A stretch of DNA of 64,000 nucleotides. Source: Eledone cirrhosa. Its lineage: Eukaryota. This document shows, piece by piece, positions 1 to 12,615 of the stretch. Where the stretch lies: positions 181,908,001 to 181,972,000 of the forward strand of contig OZ024742.1 in NCBI GenBank assembly GCA_964016885.1, given 5' to 3'. The stretch's first letter is position 1, and every line of letters starts with the position of its first letter. The notes below the pieces were generated by a model that made no database searches, was not told the origin of the DNA, and worked only from the letters and a program-made list of their open reading frames with translations. Both the position numbers and the translations under genes were made by a program.

Positions 1-142
1 TCGGCACTGTCCGAAATCGGCTATCCGAACACCACAACTAAGTGAATCTCTTGTTTAGTCCACCAACGCCGTACGTTAAAATCCTCTACGGTACAGCTTA
101 CTCGTAACCTTTCCTTGGATTACCTTAAATGATACCTCCTTT

Positions 143-189
<47 letters not shown>

Positions 190-440
190 CATTATTGGAG
201 AAAGCTAATAGCGATACTCCGGCCAAATCCCAACTCACTCAACAAACATTAGGAAATAAGTGAGTATATTCCCAATTAAACGTTCGGGGTGCTAACTAAA
301 TGTATTGTGTGGAAAATTGGCTGTATTATTTCATATGATATATATATATATATATATGTGTGTGTGTTATGTCATTCATATAAAATGCTACGCGGAAACT
401 TAAAAATGTAATTATTTTCCCTATGTATTGCGACTTTTGG

Positions 441-487
<47 letters not shown>

Positions 488-900
488 GAGGGTCATGTGC
501 TTCTCCCACAATATGTAACCTCTATACGTACCTTTAAGATGTATCAATTCGATTCTGACAGTGTTTCGGATAGAAATCTTTTGTTTGGATTAGGACTGAA
601 CTCCCGCTAATGATATTTTACGTCAGTCCAGGTTATGTAATATTCTAATATTTGGAAATATTGCATGAATCCTGTTAGTAACACTTGCTTATGCAACTGT
701 TAGGAACATGACCTGGCATGGAAACTGAACAGTTCGGGTCTATTAACCCAAGTAGTTCATCTACGGTTACGCCAAGTAGTTCATCTACTAATTAACGAAT
801 AGCATCCATTCCGGGTTGCAAATTCATATTTACAACATACGATTTTTTTGTAAATTCTTTGAAAAAGTAGATAGCAGATGGATCTAGATGGCTTGTAAAC

Positions 901-1192
901 AGTTCTGTATCTTTTGTTTATATTTTTATTTCCAAAATATAATTTTCTATGGTTTCCCTTTTAAAAAATTGTTTTTCGTTTCGTCTAGTTTTCGTTCGTT
1001 GTCTTGTCTTCACTTTGTTGATTTTCCTAAGTTTAAATATATATATATATATATATTTAAACTTAGGAAAATCAACAAAGTGAAGACAAAACAACGAACG
1101 AAATCTAGTCGAAACGAAAAACAATTTTTTAAAAGGGAAACCATAGAAAATTATATTTTGGAAATAAAAATATAAACGAAAGATACAGAACT
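901..1192. repeat. Near-perfect palindrome, ~135-bp arms around a central (TA)n
   Basis: agttctgtatc...cctaagtttaaa, then (ta)n at ~1036-1056, then tttaaacttagg...gatacagaact. Mirror-image ORFs 888..1175(+) and 918..1202(-) confirm the symmetry. Confidence 0.95.
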
Positions 1193-1982
1193 CCAGGCTC
1201 ATCGGCCGTTGAGATGGACTTTGGCAGTTTTGACCCCTAAGAACAGTACTGCTGGTTCACCCAGTCTCATAGCGTCTGACACAAGTCAAAGTGCTGTCCT
1301 ATGGAGTAAGAGACGAGACAAAACAGTACAGATATACATACGTACGTGAAGGTATATATTTGTAAACAGTACGAGTGTTTATCCATTGCTATAATGTATT
1401 CAATACATTATACAAATTTTGTACTATTTATAAATGGTTATTTTAATGTAAATAGTGAAATCATGCAATTTAGTGCATCATTAATTAATAATTGACACTG
1501 TAGCAAACACAAAGCACTATGTATGCAAATCGGATCAACTATGATATTGAGTGTTTATATATAGTTGCAAACTATATATCTCTACTTGCATACACACAGT
1601 TGAGTGCGTAGTTTTTGAAGTAATCACAACCTAGATCAATACCAGTCAGTCTTATCGTAGTCTTTGTGATGGAGGCTTCTCAATATTATTTATGTGTTGT
1701 AATGGCGGTTGTTTAGTAGTATTAGTAGAGCGTATTATAAAATGCTTTCCGGTAATTAGTTACACTTTTTAAGTTCAAATCACGTCAATCTTTGCTTTGC
1801 CTGCCAACCATCTCCAATCAATGAAATAAAGTACCAGTAATATACTGAGTTGGTTTAATCGAATTTTCTCTTCTCCCCGCGAATTACAGGCTTTGTACCT
1901 TTATTAGAAATCATATATATGGCATCGTCATTCGATAATACATATTGAATCATAGCATTTGCAGCGACTTCAAATGCTTAAT

Positions 1983-2130
1983 GCGGTGAATTGACATAGT
2001 TGTTAGACCGCCGAATAGAATGATTTGTGGTATTCGTTTCGGCTGTTCTCTCAATTCAAATCCCGCCTTTCATCCTTTTGAGGTCGATAAAAAAAAGTAC
2101 CAGTCAAGTATTGTGGTCGACTCCTTTGTA
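1983..2130 (+). mobile_element. tRNA-derived SINE, family 1 (degenerate copy)
   Basis: gcggtgaattgacatagttgttag...ttcaaatcccgcctttcatccttttgaggtcgataaaaaaaagtaccagt. The same body occurs at ~1705-1910, 4165-4330, 9130-9225 and 28095-28290 (+), and at 29300-29440 (-). Confidence 0.75.
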
Positions 2131-2401
2131 TCTCTTTCTCACTTCCATTCTCTCAATGTCTATCCGTATCTGGGAGAAGTCTGCTGTATTCAGATCTGGA
2201 GAGGATTGGGCTCCGCCATGTTTAAAAATGCCCTAGCAATGCCGTATGTCCCCCAAGAGTTACGGGACCATGCATGCATATATGAATGCTTAATATGCTT
2301 GTTGTTCAGAAGCATCAAAAGGATTGTTGTGTGAGATTCTTTTCAGGCAATATATAATGTGTATTTGGGCTGTTATAACAAACTAGGCTTCTATGTCTCT
2401 A

Positions 2402-2614
2402 TTTACCCCTTTAGCATTTAAACCGGCTATAAAGGCCAGAATTCTCTTTCCTCTTTCTGTTCAAACCGGCTGTAACCGGCCACTCATACTGATGTTAAAG
2501 TATTGTTCTCAAAATAAATATCAAAATTTCATAGATTCGATATTATGTGAGGTAAAGCCTTTACCATGAAAATATAATAGTAAACATAGAGTAATGTAAA
2601 TGCCAAATTGTTAA
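2402..2614. mobile_element. Degenerate piggyBac-like MITE
   Basis: Ends are tttacccctttagcattta and taaatgccaaattgttaa: imperfect terminal inverted repeats with TTAA-like boundaries. Confidence 0.45.
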
Positions 2615-2709
2615 AGGCGTCTTCGATGTTTCTGATTACTGAAGTAGTGCAATTCTGGTGAGAGGTGCTGTAACTACCTGTGAATAACGTTTGTGTGCGG
2701 AAGTTTATG

Positions 2710-3025
2710 GAGGGAAGAGGTGTCTTATCATCTGTTTTATGGCTCCTGTGGTTAGAAGGAACAGAGGAAGGAGGTGAACTTTGAGGATGAAAAGTATGGG
2801 CGAGTTAATCGAGCCCTAAGGCATATTAGAATTCATAGAATTTAGGTCTGAGAAAACCTTTAGACACATGCTGCGATGAAGTGGTAAGACAGGAAACTTT
2901 CAATCCAAGAGATGAGAGACGGATGCAGTCGACAGGCGGGCAACTTTGCCATAAGGTTGTTGTGAGAAATACTACGATCGAAGGTTTTTGTTGATGTCAA
3001 ATCTAACAATATGGTTTGCACTGCA
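2710..3025 (-). pseudogene. Degraded non-LTR reverse transcriptase fragment (CR1/Jockey/L2-like)
   Basis: Minus-strand pieces read KTFDR..SHNNLMAKLPA, LHPSLISWIESFLS, MP*GSINSPILFIL and ..DDKT. These correspond to the KAFD, GVPQGSVLSP and YADD RT motifs, with stops and frameshifts. Confidence 0.7.
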
Positions 3026-4590
3026 CTTGGAGACGAAGTGCAGGAAGGTTAGCAGACATGTTTATGAAAAGGAATGTGAATAAGTATGGTGGATCTATGA
3101 ACCAGACTGGAAGACAGTAAGGGGTTAAAGGCTTGCAGCGAGAAAATTGGGTATAAATATAAATACTCAGAAGAGAGAGAACGGGTGAGAGAGAGAATTA
3201 TAGACAAAGAGTGTATGTGAAAGAGAAAGCGAGAGAGGAAAAAAAAAAGAGATAATTATGTACATAGAATGAGCGCACGTGAGAGAGAAAAAGAGAGAAA
3301 AAGAGATAAATATGTAGAGAGAAAATAAAAAGAGAATTACAGATATTATGTGTGAAAGAAAAAGAGGGAGAGGGATGATAAAGAAAGGGGAATACACAAA
3401 TGACAAAAAAAAACAAACAAAAAAAAACAACAACACCAGGATAAACACAAACTGAGAAGTACTGAGATTATTATGTAAGAAAAAATGTGACAGGGAAAGA
3501 AAGTGATAGAGAAAGAAGTTGTGGAATAAATACGGATACATGTACGTGTGTATAAAGGGTGGAATAATGGTGAATAGTCAGAGAATATCTGGGCATAGAG
3601 AATACGAGTAGATAAGTGAGTGAGAGAGGGAGAGAGAAAGATATGGAGAGAGAAAGAGAGAGAGAGAGAGGAATGGTTAACGAATACGTGATAGAATAGT
3701 ATAAGAGAAGAAGAGATCTAGAAAGAGAGGAGGGGGGGGGGGGGGTGAGAAAAAGAAACAAAGATAGATATATAGAGAAAAAGAGAGATAGATAGGACAG
3801 AGAGTGAAAAAGAGAAGAGAGAGACCTGGTGATGAGAAAAAAAAGATAGATAGATATATGAAAAGGAGAGAGAAAATGAGATAGAATTGTTGTGTGAGAG
3901 ATGGTGCAAAGAGAGGAGAAGGAGGAGGATAGATAGAAAGAAATAAGAAAAGAATGGATTCCCCAGAGAGTGATAGTGTGATATAGCAGTGCTGGTTGAC
4001 GCCCTAGTTAATAAGATATCATACTTCCAACTGAGAAGTCTGTGGTTCGTATTTTGTGACCGGAACTGTAGACAAGAGATTTAACTCACAGGGGTCGAGT
4101 CTATGTTATTCTAACTAGGTAGAACAGGATGAAGTAATTAGACTGGTGTATTCAATGTGATACGGTGAATTTACAGTCATTAGAACGTTGGATAGAAATG
4201 TTTTGCGGTATTTGTTCCAACTCTTTGCTGTCTGAGTTCAAATCCCGGCGAGGTCGACTTTGCTTTTCATTCAATTTGACTTCGATAAAAATAGTACCAG
4301 TCTAGTACTGGATCGATTACTCCCCTATATCTCTGAGCAGTTACGGGTCCATACATACATACAATGTGAACGAAGGCAGCAAATTGGTGAAGTCGTTAGA
4401 ACGTCGAAAGAAATGTTTTGTGGTATAATTCCCCACCCTCCGTGCTCTCTACCTTCACAGCTCTGTGTGTATACACACATACACACCTTTATATTAACAT
4501 ACTTTTGCTCATACCTTCGTGCTTCCATGCACACACACTCTTCTACTTACATATTCACACACATTTCCTCTTAGATTCGTACGGACGTAT

Positions 4591-4676
<86 letters not shown>

Positions 4677-4907
4677 CACATGCTTACGCACGTGCACCAC
4701 TATAGCTCTTTTTACAAAACGTTTTTTTTCCATTTCAGGTAGACGCGCTCCATCATCCACTTATCTAAAAAATAAATCATACACAAAACGCCAGCACCAC
4801 CAGTTTTGCAAGAGATGTCAACATGAATGGACCTGTTATTTTTATCTAAAGACATATTTTCCAATTCCATCCCGCCCGTCCCCTCAATCTATCTTATTTC
4901 TCATTCT

Positions 4908-4944
4908 TTCTTCTGATGAAGGACTAGCGTCCGAAACGTTGAGA
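4908..4944 (+). ncRNA. Minimal type I hammerhead ribozyme in a Penelope-like terminal repeat (element ~4900-5031; minus-strand relative at 22508-22632)
   Basis: ucuu-CUGAUGA-a-GGAC uagc GUCC-GAAACGUU-gaga, with palindromic AACGUU in place of stem III. The 22.6-kb copy reads CUGGUGA...GAAACGUUAAGA and has the same downstream sequence. Confidence 0.8.
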
Positions 4945-5509
4945 CCCTCTTCCTCCTATATCAATGTTAACCTAATATATCCCTTCCATATACTGTACCA
5001 ATTGTATTTTTATTTCTGTTTACCTTTTACATATATATCTATATATCTAAAACAGAGAATGTCTGTCTGTCTGTCTGACTCCCTAAAACTCGAGACGCCC
5101 CCCCCCCCCCGCCCCCCAACCGATTGTTTTCAAACTTTACACATGTAATACCTATGGTCCTGTGTGTGTTTTGAGCACATTTTCAACGCCCTAGAGACTG
5201 CATTAGGCGATCTAGCGATCTCTCTCTATAATTCTTAGTCTTTCTTTTTAGATAGATACATAGATATAACGTTGCGCCCTTATAATATATGTCTGTATGT
5301 CTGTATGTCTGCATTACGGCATTATGACGTCGCTATCTGTGTGTTTGTGTATAAATGTATATATATAGTGTATATATATATATATATATATATAGTGTGT
5401 AACGGTTTTCGAAAATTTTACTTCTGCGTTGCCAGATTGATTTTTTTAGTTTCAGAAGATCCCGTTAAGGGTGAAAGCAGCGATTCTTTGATTAAACTTT
5501 AATCTGTTA

Positions 5510-5577
<68 letters not shown>

Positions 5578-5581
<4 letters not shown>

Positions 5582-6559
5582 ATCAAAAGATGGTTAAAAG
5601 AGTTCCAAGTATTTATTATGCGCATTTCAAAAACAAATATCAATATCATCATGGGATGATATCTGCGTTCTCATCAGATAAAATAGGGATACATGATATG
5701 AAGCTTAAAAAACACTTGTGAATAGTGAAGTTTCAAATCAACATATGAAAAATAATTTAAGATTGATGTAAGATTAGGAAAAACTATTTACGTACACATA
5801 TTACGCACACATATTACATTACATAAACACAAATTTAAACCCTAACTAATTCCTCTAAATTCATAACTCATTCATTCTTCTCCTTCTTTTCACATTATAT
5901 CCTTAATAACATTAATATTTTAATTTTAATAATACATATTAATAATTTCTTTTCCTCGCACATATTATCAAACCCTTCAATATACAAACCTTAATTTAAT
6001 ATTATTCTTAATTCCTTTTTCTCTTCATGCATAAACCTCATTAACTTTTAATTTCAAAATCTTTTAAATTATCTATTATCTTCCAACGGCTTTTTAACTT
6101 CTCTCTGTGAGACAATATATATTTTTTTCTCAGTTGTAAAGGCTATCTCTCTCTCTCTCTCTCTCTATCACCCACCTGTCCTCCTCTCTCGTCCTTCCTT
6201 CTTATACTCCTCCCCCACCATTCTTTACTCTCATCTCCTCCTCTTCCTTATCTTTTCCAAACCCCCCTCACTTTTTCCCAATCTCATACATCAATCTTAA
6301 ATAATTTTTCATATGTTGATTTAAAAATTCACTATTCACAAGAGTTTTTTCAGCTTCATATCATGTATCCCTATTTTATCTGATGAGAACGCAGATATCA
6401 TCCCATGATGATATTTGTTTTTGAAATGCGCATAATAAAATACTTGGAACTCTTTTAACCATCTTTTGATCTTATATTATTTATAGTCCAGTCCTACAAA
6501 CTGTAGAGTGCTACTTATCCGATATTTGCATTGCTTTATTGTGCTACAATAAAACTCAC

Positions 6560-6563
<4 letters not shown>
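5578..6563 (+). mobile_element. Penelope-like fold-back element, family B: inverted arm 5578-5785, spacer, forward arm 6270-6475, tail 6476-6563
   Basis: ~200-bp inverted repeat read directly, flanked on both sides by (TA)n. The forward arm holds a hammerhead fold. A further copy lies at ~63445-63598. Confidence 0.8.
6373..6441 (+). ncRNA. Type I hammerhead ribozyme (complete fold)
   Basis: Stem I AUUUUAU/AUAAAAU; core CUGAUGA 6380-6386; stem II GCAGAUAUCAUC/GAUGAUAUUUGU; GAAA 6423-6426; U-GCGC-A-U-A with predicted cut after 6434. Confidence 0.85.
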
Positions 6564-6644
<81 letters not shown>

Positions 6645-6987
6645 TCGTGTACAGATATTTTTGCATACACAATAACAAAATATAAGCAAACGTATTTATT
6701 TCACGAGGCTCGATAAGGATAAATATCAAATATATAAGAACCCTAGAGCAAATCCCGAGCAACGCCGGGCCATTCTGCTAGTATATATATATAATATATA
6801 TATATCAATAATATTAAAAAAATGGAAACTATGTTTATCCCGGGTTCCATCGAGGGAAACCACAGTAAGTAAGGTACTCAATACATAGCTTATAAATATT
6901 TAATATAGAAATGACTTCTACAGGACTAGAACTGTTACCATTCGAGATTTCTCCCGAATGAAACAGCTCTAATTCTTTTTCTCTCTA

Positions 6988-7071
<84 letters not shown>

Positions 7072-7253
7072 AAAGCAAGATGGCGTAGGACAGAACAAAG
7101 GAGAGACACAAAACAAAGAAAAGAATCCCCAGTCACTGAAGAGGTCACAGAATGTGTGACGAAAGAACTTTGACAATATATGAACAACCGTCCGGTTGTG
7201 GAACCAACCAACCAACCGGAAATTTATAAATTCTTAAATTTATAAATTTAATT

Positions 7254-7485
<232 letters not shown>

Positions 7486-7941
7486 CACATAAAGTTATGT
7501 GTTCAATCATAGTGGATAACAGGCACATGTCGTTTCTTTATACCATGCGTATTTTCTTAGTCATCTGATAACATTTTAGAAGTGGTGATCGTATTGATAG
7601 GCATCCGCTGATGAGCCACCTCTACAATATGTATTTTTCATTTTTTATAGCGAAACATACTCTAATTTGGGCATGTAGAGGTATTATAGTTACAATTGGA
7701 TGGTTAGTACACTTTAATATATTCTATTAATTGATTTGTATTCACCATTCCTTCCGTAGATAATATGCTTGTCGTTCGTGGTTTTTGATCTGCTATCATT
7801 AAACACATATCTCGATATGTACTTCTCTCTATATGCTGATTTATAAAGAGCCCCGTATCTATCCCTTGAGGTCATTAAATTACAGGGGATAAATGTGAGT
7901 CTTTAACCCCGTTGTTAATTTTATATATATTTATATAATAA

Positions 7942-8009
<68 letters not shown>

Positions 8010-8059
8010 TATCTTTTAATCTTTAACCTGTTCCAGCCACCTGGTTGAGGCCATGCTGG

Positions 8060-8103
<44 letters not shown>

Positions 8104-8224
8104 TATTCATTAGTTAAGCAAAACAAGACCACAAATTTCACAAGGAAGACATTATTAAAAGATTGTCAACATATTTAGTTTGATGTAAGGAATGTAGAGA
8201 ATAATAATAATAATAATATTAATA

Positions 8225-8412
8225 ATAATAATTGTTTCTACTTTAGGCACAAGGCCAGCAATTACCCAGTGCATTACTGGCACATTATTTTATCGACCCC
8301 GTAAGGATGAAAGGCAAAGTCAACCTCGGCGGGATTTGAACTCAGATCGTAAAGGGACGTAACTATGCTGGAAAGCATGGCGTCCGACCCTCCACCGATA
8401 CTGCTAATCAAC
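8225..8412 (-). mobile_element. tRNA-derived SINE, family 1, with (TTA)n tail
   Basis: gtttctactttaggcacaaggccagcaatt...gaaaggcaaagtcaacctcggcgggatttgaactcag (B-box GTTCAAATCC on the minus strand). Close copies at 41908-42083, 44401-44595, 44605-44810, 47752-47861 and 63955-64000. Confidence 0.85.
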
Positions 8413-8638
8413 AATGCCCGTTAATAATATTAATAATAATAATGCCCGTTAACTAATGAATGTTTCCAGCTCTGCGCACCTAACCTCTGCATGAACCCAG
8501 CCACCTAGCTGCTTTCTAATGCATATTGCACATTGAGCACATGCCTTTACGCTTTGGGTTCTAACTAACTCACCAATCTTTCCTCTCATATCTCCTCTAC
8601 TATCTCAATCTCTCTCTTTAAGATTGGTTACTCTTGAA

Positions 8639-8746
<108 letters not shown>

Positions 8747-8760
8747 GGAGTTACCGTTCT

Positions 8761-8799
<39 letters not shown>

Positions 8800-9324
8800 T
8801 ATGTATATATTCATACATACGTACATATACAGAAACAAACACATATATAAGTATGATATTGTGCCCATGCGTATATATGCATACATTTAAGAGTAATTGT
8901 TTTAGTTAGAAATTAAGTGAATATGAAGTGACTAGCTGGAGTAATGTAGTACGGTTAGTAATCTCCTTGAATAATACTATGATGTGTTGATTGTATGTCT
9001 GAGCATTAGGTGCTATACGAATGGGACACACCTTATTACAGTGACTTTCTAGCAGGGTGTGTAACAACGGAACAGCAGTCTCTTTCACCCTGCACCTTAT
9101 TATTATTCAAATGTTGTTATTGTTGTTATTGCTCGGAGTTCAAATCACACCGAGGTTACCTTTGCCTTTCACCCTTACGGGTTCGATAAAATAAAGTACC
9201 AATGACGCACTGGGGGTCAAGTTAAGGAAACATTGCTGCTATTCCTAGCACGTAAAGCGACCGCGGAGAGTATGACTGGTTGGCACACTTGTACGTTTGT
9301 TGTTATTGTTGTTGTTGCTTTCAG

Positions 9325-9600
9325 GCCCGTGACTTAGTGGTGAGAGTGTTCACCTCGAAATCGTAAGGTCGTATGCTCGATTCCTTTTAGTGCGTTGTGT
9401 CCTTGACTTGAGCAATATACTTTATTTCACGTTGCTCCAGTTCAGCTGGCAAAAATGTGTTGTACTTGTAATTTAAAGAGTCTTGTTACACGCTGTATAA
9501 TTGTATCACGCTGAATTTTCAGCGTGATACACGTGGTACACGTGGCTGTATGATTCTCACCCATTTGTACCTTAATTTGTCAAGCGGGTTGTTCCGTTGA
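9325..9600 (+). mobile_element. tRNA-derived SINE, family 2 (V-domain-like gtgtccttgagcaagacactt core)
   Basis: A-box-like ttagtggtgagag, then ctcgattcc, then ttgtgtccttg...tttatttcacgttgctccag. Relatives at 23280-23498(-), 28365-28670, 39225-39335(-), 40310-40490, 52268-52482 and 59245-59480. Confidence 0.75.
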
Positions 9601-9880
9601 TCAAATTTGTTTTTGTTAACCAGATATGGTATCTTGATAGCTATAAATATGTCTGTACACTATTGCTGTTGCTGATTTCCGTTGGTCAAATGTGGTACCT
9701 CTTATTGCTTAAAACATGTATGCATACAATTGTTGCTGGGTCTTTTTTTGTTGACTTATAATTTTTCCAAATTTGTGTATACACAATTATTATAGTTTCT
9801 TTCTGTTGAGCAAATGTGATTTCTCTAAATACATTTATACACCATTGCTGTTGTTTCTGTTGGACAAATGGTGTATCTGT

Positions 9881-10123
9881 CTTCTTCTTCTTCTTCTTCG
9901 CCCACGTGACCCTGGGAGGGTCGGGGGTTCAGAGCCCTCAAACACTCCTTCCAACGGGTCCTGTCAGCCGCAACCGTCTCCAAATGATCCGACTGGATCC
10001 CCAAGCGAGACCAGTCAAGTTCAAGGATGTTATTCAGCCATCTTGCTCGGGGTCAATCCCTGGGTTTCCCGCCGGTTGGTTTTGTCCGTAAAATCTGCCC
10101 AGTGATTCTTTCCTGAGACATTC
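9881..10123 (-). mobile_element. 5'-truncated RTE-clade LINE 3' end with (GAA)n tail and 12-bp TSD
   Basis: Minus strand reads MSQERITGQILRTKPTGGKPRD*PRARWLNNILELDWSRLG...DRTRWKECL. TSD tggtgtatctgt at 9869-9880 and 10124-10135. Confidence 0.85.
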
Positions 10124-10493
10124 TGGTGTATCTGTGATTAGACAAATGGTGTATCTGTGATTCATAAACGTATTTATACGATAGTTTTCCTTCTTTACTA
10201 TATCTTCTATGTGGGTTATGAATGATGTTGAGGAAAAACGAATACAACTCAAATGCTAGTATCATTGTTCTCTATGTGTATGATATGTTTATATTTCTGA
10301 TTATGATAGAATGAAAGTATTTAATGTTCTCTTGTGTGTCTGGTAAAAGAGGAGACATAAGTCTTGTTAGGTGATACTCCAAGTATAAGGTTGTGGTTTC
10401 ATTGTGATTTATGTAGGGTTCATTGTGATTTATGTAGTTGTGCAGCATTGTCAGGAGAATGTTGAGAGGATGCGTGTGATATAATTGGTGTAT

Positions 10494-11484
10494 ACACACA
10501 CGCACACAATACACTGAACACACGGCAAACATCTATACATACACCTTCAGACATACACACACATGAATTCACTCATCAATATACACACAACACACCGCCA
10601 AACAGATACACATAAACATGCACACATGGTTACACATACGTATATAAAGGCATTATGGTCGCCACTGGAACGCCTTTGACCATATGTCTGTTTGCCCAAG
10701 GATGGCAATAAGAATAACAGCAATATTTAAAAAAACTGCACCAAAAAATATCACCACTGTAATATAATTGGTGTATGAAGCTGTCGATATGTTATTGCGG
10801 GAATGTGGAAGTCATGTAGATATAAATAGAAAATAGTGATAGAGAAGTATAGATGCAAGAGAATAACTAATTGAGAGGAAACATCATTTATTGTGACCTG
10901 ATACTATATAATGTGCTACCCAGTACCTGAAATATAGTGTGTCTAGTACTTGCGTAGCAATTGGTAGCAAGGAGAGGACATGAAAACTTAGCTGATCTGG
11001 ATGGTAATAAACTATAGTGCATATGTGAGGGGTTTTGTTGTAGATTTCAGTATATAGTTTTTGTGTGAGCTTTGTAAAATGTAATGACTTGAATCAGCAC
11101 TGTGTATTAAAGAAAGGAATGGTTGGTTTGGTAATGGCGGTGATGATCGTTATTATGTGTATTGTGCTCTTGGTGGGCCGAGGTGATAGTGGGGGTGATG
11201 ATTGATGTCGTTACAGTGGTGATTTATTTTTTGGTGCAGTTTTTTTAAATATTGCTGTTATTCTTATTGTCGGCCTTGGGCAAACAGACATATGGTCAAA
11301 GGCGTTCCAATGGCGACCATAATGCCTTTATATACGTATGTGTAACCATGTGTGTATGTCTATGTGTATCTGTTTGGAGCTGTGATGTGTGTATATGGAT
11401 GAGTGAATTCATGTGTGTGTATGTCTGAAAGTGTATGTGTAGATGTTTGCTGTGTGTTCAGTGTGTTGTGTGCGTTTGTGTATA
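10494..11484. repeat. Inverted repeat, ~270-bp arms (10494-10761 and 11211-11484), ~450-bp spacer
   Basis: For example, aaggcattatggtcgccactggaacgcctttgaccatatgtctgtttgcccaagg is mirrored by ccttgggcaaacagacatatggtcaaaggcgttccaatggcgaccataatgcctt. Confidence 0.9.
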
Positions 11485-11802
11485 TGTTTATGTATGTGTG
11501 TATGTATGCTTGTATGTATATGAGTGTGTATGTAGCTGTGTGAATGCGTATGTGTATGTGTGTGTGTGTGTGTCTGTGTATGTGCATATGTGTGTATGCA
11601 TGTGTTTATGTGTGTATTTCTGTGTATTAATATGTGTGTCTATGTCTGCGCGTATATGTGTGTGTGTTTTTGTATGTTTCTATATAATATGTATATGTGT
11701 ATGTGTATCTACGCGTATGTATGTATATGTGTTGTGTATGCACGCGCGTGTTGTGTGAGTGTGTGTACATGCGAGCATGTGTGTGTGTGTACATGCGAGC
11801 AT

Positions 11803-11923
<121 letters not shown>

Positions 11924-12304
11924 TCTCCCTTTCAACGTTTCTGAATGTCACTTTGTTTCTCTTTGTGTCTGTGTGTTCGCGTTAGTGTGTATACATTGGC
12001 CTAGCTTAGTGTATGCTAACACTGTGTATATATTGCTGTAGCTGAGTGTATGTTAATGGTGTGTACACATAGGCGTACGGGTGTGTATATTATTAGGGTG
12101 TATACATTGAAGCTGTGTGTCCCTTTATAATTTGAGTGAGAAATAGACAGATAGGTAGATATATCGATGGCTAGAAAGATAGATAGATTGATAGATGCAT
12201 ACACAGATAGATAGGTAGAAAGAGAGAGGGAGAGTGAGAGAGAGGTGCAGTGCGTGTGTGCATCGGGAAGTGTACTATGTGCGTGCGATATATATGCATA
12301 CACA

Positions 12305-12384
<80 letters not shown>

Positions 12385-12387
<3 letters not shown>

Positions 12388-12602
12388 GAACGAGTAGGAG
12401 CCCGACGGCTGAGCTCAAGCCGTTTCGACGGCTAATTCTGGACTAAATAAAATTTGTTATCCTTTATTTAGTCCAGAATTAGCCGTCGAAACGGCTTGAG
12501 CTCAGCCGTCGGGGTCCTACTCGTTCCTATTACCCACTCTACTACCCTAAGTATTGAGTACTTTGGTGCGTCCACCTGGTTCCTTACCACATTTCCTTCG
12601 TT
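12385..12602 (+). mobile_element. Penelope-like fold-back element, family A (hammerhead 3' half, palindrome plus tail)
   Basis: Palindrome 12385-12530 contains GAAAC-GGCU-ugagcuc-AGCC-GUC; tail 12531-12602; flanked by (TA)n. Copies or relatives at 17318, 19401, 22890, 23833(-), 25977, 41043, 47500, 51221, 53790, 56447(-), 57020, 62810 and 63272(-). Confidence 0.8.
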
Positions 12603-12615
12603 ATATATATATATA

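Larger units (their letters stand above)
5038..6781 (+). mobile_element. Non-autonomous Helitron termini enclosing other repeats
   Basis: 5' end is TCtatatatctaaaacagagaatgtctgtc...ccctaaaactcgaga (matches the element at 51330-51988). 3' end is hairpin cccgagcaacgccggg followed by CTAG|T at 6778-6782. That both ends belong to one element is inferred. Confidence 0.55.

Noticed and set aside
888-1202. Near-identical proteins encoded on both strands
   Set aside because: This is a direct consequence of the DNA palindrome.
4519-5148. 209-aa ORF as a gene
   Set aside because: It is a chimera of (CA)n, a ribozyme-bearing repeat and a Helitron 5' end.
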